From Auanema rhodensis (lineage: Eukaryota > Animalia > Nematoda), in assembly GCA_964057225.1 (NCBI GenBank), contig OZ059899.1, positions 9,486,001-9,550,000 of the forward strand: a DNA stretch of 64,000 bases, given 5' to 3'. A program made the position numbers and the translations under genes. This document shows, in pieces, positions 55,801-61,058 of the stretch (its first letter is position 1; every line of letters begins with the position of its first letter). The notes under the pieces were generated by a model. The model made no database searches. It was given only the letters and a program-made list of their open reading frames with translations, and was not told the DNA's origin.

Positions 55801-56745
55801 TAAATTTTTTTCATTTCACTTGTCATTTACAAAAATCGAATTTATCTTCTTCAACGATTATTTTTGCAATGTGTCATAAGAATTTCACAGTTGAACAAAA
55901 CGTTTTTTAAGAAGTTTTTTTGTTGTCAACATATATATTTTGCTGGAACTCGAAAGCATTTGGGATGGAAATTAGAAAGAAAAGAACTAGTTTTTCCTAC
56001 TTTAAAACAAACAATAAGAAATAAAATGAAAAAGATTGTTAGATATCCAATTTAAACTTATACATTTACTTCGATAAAGAGCCTATTAGATTGAAATTTT
56101 ATGTCTTACAGTTCTCCAACAGAACAGACTGATCCTGATTTCTCTATGATTACATAAAACTCCCGTTTGATATGAAAAAAGAAGAGAAATAACGCTTCTA
56201 GGATATCAATGATATCGAATCTAGTGATATTGTAGAGAAATGTAATGTCAGCTCCATAGGTTTTCTCCTAATTTCTCTCATCACAATTGTCTTAGTTTTT
56301 TTCTCATAAGAGTTTCTGAAATCTTAGGTGAACAAGGCCGTATAAAATTTCCTGTAATTCGAAAGCATTTGGGATGGAATTTAGAAAGAAAAGAACTAGT
56401 TTTTCCTACTTTAAAACAAACAATAAGAAATAAAATGAAAAAGATTGTTAGATATCCAATTTAAACTTATACATTTACTTCGATGAAGAGCCTGTTAGTT
56501 TGAAATTTTATGTCTTACAGTTCTCCAACAGAACAGACTGATTCTTATTTCTCTATGATTACATAAAACTCCCGTTTGATATAAAAAAAGGAGAGGAATA
56601 ACGTTTCCAGGATGTCAAGGATATCGAATCTAGTGATATTGTAGAGAAATGTAATGTCAGCTCCATAGGTTTTCTCTTAATTTCTCCCATCACAATTGTC
56701 TTAGTTTTTTTTCTCATAAGAGTTTCTGAAATCTTTGTTGAACAA

Positions 56746-56818
56746 GGTCGCGTGGCGCAATGGATAACGCGTCTGCCTACGGAGCAGAAGATTGTAGGTT
56801 CGAATCCTGCCGTGGCCG
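56746..56818 (+). tRNA. tRNA-Arg(ACG), C3T+T71C
   Basis: GGTCGCG/CGTGGCC; G2-C71 becomes a Watson-Crick pair. Confidence 0.9.
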
Positions 56819-57765
56819 TGAATTTTTTTCATTTCACTTGTCATTTACAAAAATCGAATTTATCTTCTTCAACGATTATTTTTGCAATGTGTCATAAGAA
56901 TTTCACAGTTGAACAAAAAGGTTTTTTAAGAAGTTTTTCTGTTGTTAACATATATATTTTGCTGGAATTCGAAAGCATTTGGGATGGAAATTAGAAAGAA
57001 AAGAACTAGTTTTTCCTACTTTAAAACAAACAATAAGAAATAAAATGAAAAAGATTGTTAGATATCCAATTTAAACTTATACATTTACTTCGATAAAGAG
57101 CCTATTAGATTGAAATTTTATGTCTCACAGTTCTCCAACAGAACAGACTGATCCTGATTTTTCTACGATTACATAAAACTCTTGTTTGATATGAAAAAAG
57201 GAGAGAAACAACGTTTCCAGGATGTCAAGGATATCGAATCTAGTGATATTGTAGAAAAATGTAATGTCAGCTCCATATTTTTTCTCCTAATTTCTCTCAT
57301 CACAATTGTCTTAGTTTTTTTCTCATAAGCGTTTCTGAAATCTCAGTTAAACAAGGCCGTATATAATTTCCTGTAATTCGAAAGCATTTGGGATGGAATT
57401 TAGAAAGAAAAGAACTAGTTTTTCCTACTTTAAAACAAACAATAAGAAATAAAATGAAAAAGATTGTTAGATATCCAATTTAAACTTATACATTTACTTC
57501 GATGAAGAACCTGTTAGTTTGAAATTTTATGTCTTACAGTTCTCCAACAGAACAGACTGATCCTGATTTTTCTACGATTACATAAAACTCTCGTTTGATA
57601 TAAAAAAAGGAGAGGAATAACGTTTCCAGGATGTCAAGGATATCGAATCTAGTGATATTGTAGAAAAATGTAATGTCAGCTCCATAGGTTTTCTCCTAAT
57701 TTCTCTCATCACAATTGTCTTAGTTTTTTTTTCTCATAAGAGTTTCTGAAATCTTTGTTGAACAA

Positions 57766-57838
57766 GGCCGCGTGGCGCAATGGATAACGCGTCTGCCTAC
57801 GGAGCAGAAGATTGTAGGTTCGAATCCTGCCGTGGTCG
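57766..57838 (+). tRNA. tRNA-Arg(ACG), consensus
   Basis: Matches consensus. Confidence 0.95.
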
Positions 57839-58784
57839 TAAATTTTTTTCATTTCACTTGTCATTCATAAAAATCGAATTTTTTTTTTTCAATGATTTTT
57901 TTTTGCAATGTGTCATAAGAATTACACAGTTGAACAAAACGTTTTTTAAGAACTTTCTTTGTTGTCAACATATATATTTTCCTGGAATTCGAAAGCATTT
58001 GGGATGGAAATTAGAAAGAAAAGAACTAGTTTTTCCTACTTTAAAACAAACAATAAGAAATAAAATGAAAAAGATGTTAGATATCCAATTTAAACTTATA
58101 CATTTACTTCGATAAAGAGCCTATTAGATTGAAATTTTATGTCTTACAGTTCTCCAACAGAACAGACTGATCCTGATTTTTCTACGATTACATAAAACTC
58201 TCGTTTGATATAAAAAAAGGAGAGGAATAACGTTTCCAGGATGTCAAGGATATCGAATCTAGTGATATTGTAGAAAAATGTAATGTCAGCTCCATAGGTT
58301 TTCTCCTAATTTCTCTCATCACAATTGTCTTAGTTTTTTTCTCATAAGAGTTTCTGAAATCTTAGGTGAACAAGGCCGTATATAATTTCCTGTAATTCGA
58401 AAGCATTTGGGATGGAATTTAGAAAGAAAAGAATTAGTTTTTCCTACTTTAAAACAAACAATAAGAAATAAAATGAAAAAGATTGTTAGATATCCAATTT
58501 AAACTTATACATTTACTTCGATGAAGAGCCTGTTAGTTTGAAATTTTATGTCTTACAGTTCTCCAACAGAACAGACTGATCCTGATTTTTCTACGATTAC
58601 ATAAAACTCTCGTTTGATATAAAAAAAGGAGAGGAATAACGTTTCCAGGATGTCAAGGATATCGAATCTAGTGATATTGTAGAAAAATGTAATGTCAGCT
58701 CCATAGGTTTTCTCCTAATTTCTCTCATCACAATTGTCTTAGTTTTTTTTTCTCATAAGAGTTTCTGAAATCTTTGTTGAACAA

Positions 58785-58857
58785 GGCCGCGTGGCGCAAT
58801 GGATAACGCGTCTGCCTACGGAGCAGAAGATTGTAGGTTCGAATCCTGCTGTGGTCG
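58785..58857 (+). tRNA. tRNA-Arg(ACG), C66T
   Basis: TGTGGTC gives a G7-U66 wobble. Confidence 0.85.
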
Positions 58858-59434
58858 TAAATTTTTTTCATTTCACTTGTCATTCATAAAAATCGAATTT
58901 TTTTTTTTCAATGATTTTTTTTTGCAATGTGTCATAAGAATTACACAGTTGAACAAAACGTTTTTTAAGAACTTTCTTTGTTGTCAACATATATATTTTC
59001 CTGGAATTCGAAAGCATTTGGGATGGAAATTAGAAAGAAAAGAACTAGTTTTTCCTACTTTAAAACAAACAATAAGAAATAAAATGAAAAAGATGTTAGA
59101 TATCCAATTTAAACTTATACATTTACTTCGATAAAGAGCCTATTAGATTGAAATTTTATGTCTTACAGTTCTCCAACAGAACAGACTGATCCTGATTTTT
59201 CTACGATTACATAAAACTCTCGTTTGATATAAAAAAAGGAGAGGAATAACATTTCCAGGATGTCAAGGATATCGAATCTAGTGATATTGTAGAAAAATGT
59301 AATGTCAGCTCCATAGGTTTTCTCCTAATTTCTCTCACGTTCCATGGTGGTTCCCCAGGGTTCCGGCTGGGTAACCACATGGAATTATTTTCTTTTCTTC
59401 CAAATATAAATGATAAAGAGTATAGAGAGAAAGG

Positions 59435-59440
59435 TTTATT
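59435..59440 (-). promoter_or_regulatory. Polyadenylation signal AATAAA in LTR
   Basis: TTTATT on the + strand, downstream of the LTR TATA in element orientation. Confidence 0.5.
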
Positions 59441-59520
59441 TATGATAAAGTATACAAATTACAATAATAAAAGTTACATAATGATTCCTAGTCGCAGCCC
59501 AAAGGACTCGTAAGGAAACC

Positions 59521-59527
59521 TTATATA
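59521..59527 (-). promoter_or_regulatory. Putative LTR TATA box (TATATAA)
   Basis: TTATATA on the + strand, inside the loop of an 11-bp inverted repeat. Confidence 0.5.
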
Positions 59528-59956
59528 GTATTCCTTACGAGCATAAAAAGTGGTTATATCAGGTCCGTGGAACTTGGTTCCGCTTGAATTGGGCTTTCTT
59601 TGATTAAACTTAATATGAAAAAGTGTTCGTTCATTGTTGCATTGAATTCCTGTTTCTCAAATGTAGCGTCAGCTATTTGTTTTTATAATGTTCCGTTTTA
59701 TAAGCGATTGACGTTGTCAATCGCTCTACTTATAGGACACGTATGGAACATGCCTAATATCGAAAAAGTAGCTGACCTCAGCTACATCGAGAAAGTGAAA
59801 TTCCATGCAAATGTGAAAGTTGTATGAAATGTTTCAAAAAAAAAATAAAAGAATACTGATAATACAGAACAATTTTATGAGAAAAAATAAAGGAAAACAA
59901 TGTAATTACAAAATAATATATCATATATCATACTGGGAATCTTTCAAAAATTCTTT

Positions 59957-60559
59957 TTAGTCTTCTTCATAATACTGGTGTATCTCTGGTAATGGTGATG
60001 ATCCTAGGTCGTGGAGAAGATCCATAGTCTTGTTGCATAAATCCGTTTTTCTTTCCATTTCTTCCTTAGTGGTTGCTGGTGATGCCAGGAATATTTGTAG
60101 AGCATTTATAATGCTTTTTCTTGCCTCTGTGGATGGCAGTTCGCTGCAATGTTGCAGGCTCCATTCTTGATAGGCCGAATGGGTCTCGGCAATAATCCAG
60201 TTTGGTGTCTGCTGTTCTGGTGAATCGCAACTAGGTGAATAACCTAGTTGGTCCCTTAGTTCAGCAATGGCATCTCGGATGACTCCTGCTATGTTGGTCC
60301 ATGGTCCTATGCAGTGGTCAACCTCCGACAGTTGATCCTTGTCGTATTGGTAACATAGGATTTTGAGCGTTTCAGTACTGGTGTTCGCTCTTGTTAGTCC
60401 TTGAACTAACTCTTTCAGGATCTTCTCTTTCCTGGGGCGGTTGGCGATGGAATTGGCGCCTAGCTGCTTCAATTCTCTTACTAATAGTTGAATTGAAAGC
60501 CATCTCTTTTTGGCCATCATGAGGGGAATTTCGACGGCTTCAGGAAGTTGGGTGGACAT
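59957..60559 (-). CDS. Retrotransposon accessory ORF of unknown function (200 aa; frame open 30 codons further upstream to 60649)
   Basis: Uninterrupted ORF, GC-richer than its AT-rich flanks, on the same strand as pol, between the pol stop and the LTR. No obvious signal peptide or TM segment. Confidence 0.75.
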   Translation of the reverse strand: MSTQLPEAVEIPLMMAKKRWLSIQLLVRELKQLGANSIANRPRKEKILKELVQGLTRANTSTETLKILCYQYDKDQLSEVDHCIGPWTNIAGVIRDAIAELRDQLGYSPSCDSPEQQTPNWIIAETHSAYQEWSLQHCSELPSTEARKSIINALQIFLASPATTKEEMERKTDLCNKTMDLLHDLGSSPLPEIHQYYEED

Positions 60560-60963
60560 TGTTATCTTTGTTACTGTTTTCTGTCCTTTTATCCTTTTTA
60601 AAACTAGGTCGGTCTGTTCCTTCCTTTTTGTCGCCTCCTTTTTGACCAGTTAGGTGAAAAAGTGATGAAGATTGTTGATTAAAACTTTGCAGCGATTTTT
60701 TTTTTTTTTTTTAAAGATTCCAAGTATGATGTATATTTTTATTTTGAAATTTTTTTTTTTTGGTTATTAATACAATATTTTTATGAGAGTGAAAAATAAA
60801 AATGTACAATAATTTGTGTAGAATTTTATGTATTACTTAAATGAGAAAAAAAAATTATATATAGGTTCAAGTTTAGATGAAAATTATGAAAATGGTATTA
60901 TACTTTTTGTGATTTTTATATAGAAATTATGGATTTTTACTATTGTTCTAGCTTCTTACTTGT

Positions 60964-61058
60964 AGTTCCAATAACTGTTGACGGTCTTTTCTTATGGATG
61001 ACTGGTACTGTTGGTACCAGTCATCCATAAGAAAAGACCGTCAACAGTTATTGGAACT
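60964..61058. repeat. Perfect 45-bp inverted repeat with 5-nt loop, overlapping the pol stop codon
   Basis: 60964-61008 is the exact reverse complement of 61014-61058; the loop is TGTTG. Confidence 0.97.

Larger units (their letters stand above)
1..59337 (+). repeat. Tandem tRNA-Arg(ACG) macrosatellite: ~57 tRNA-bearing units (~611 bp) interleaved with ~59 tRNA-less units (~409 bp); starts before the window
   Basis: The same ~400-bp spacer recurs throughout. tRNA-to-tRNA spacings are ~611+409n (611, 1020, 1429, 1838, 2245). Similarity stops abruptly after TTTCTCTCA at 59337. Confidence 0.98.
59338..59750 (-). repeat. Putative 3' LTR (~413 bp)
   Basis: Minus strand starts TGTTCCAT and ends ATGGAACG (terminal inverted repeat). 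It contains TATATAA followed ~80 nt later by AATAAA. The partner LTR is not visible and no clear polypurine tract (PPT) was found. Confidence 0.65.

Noticed and set aside
581-59134. Dozens of 63-111-aa + strand ORFs (MDNASAYGAEDCRFESCRGR...)
   Set aside because: The ATG lies in the tRNA D loop, and the ORF runs through the tRNA, its T7 terminator and variable-length T runs that frameshift it in many units. It is a shadow of the repeat.
1-59337. CRISPR-like or prokaryotic array
   Set aside because: Spacers are near-identical rather than unique, units are 400-600 bp, there are no cas genes, and the context is eukaryotic (Pol III terminators, Gypsy element).
59336-59752. Independent MITE or solo LTR
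   Set aside because: The flanks (TCTCT / CCTAA) give no target-site duplication, and the TATA/AATAAA orientation matches the adjacent Gypsy body, so a 3' LTR is the simpler reading.
59600-59827. 75-aa + strand ORF
   Set aside because: TTG start, spans the LTR boundary, antisense to the element, no motif.
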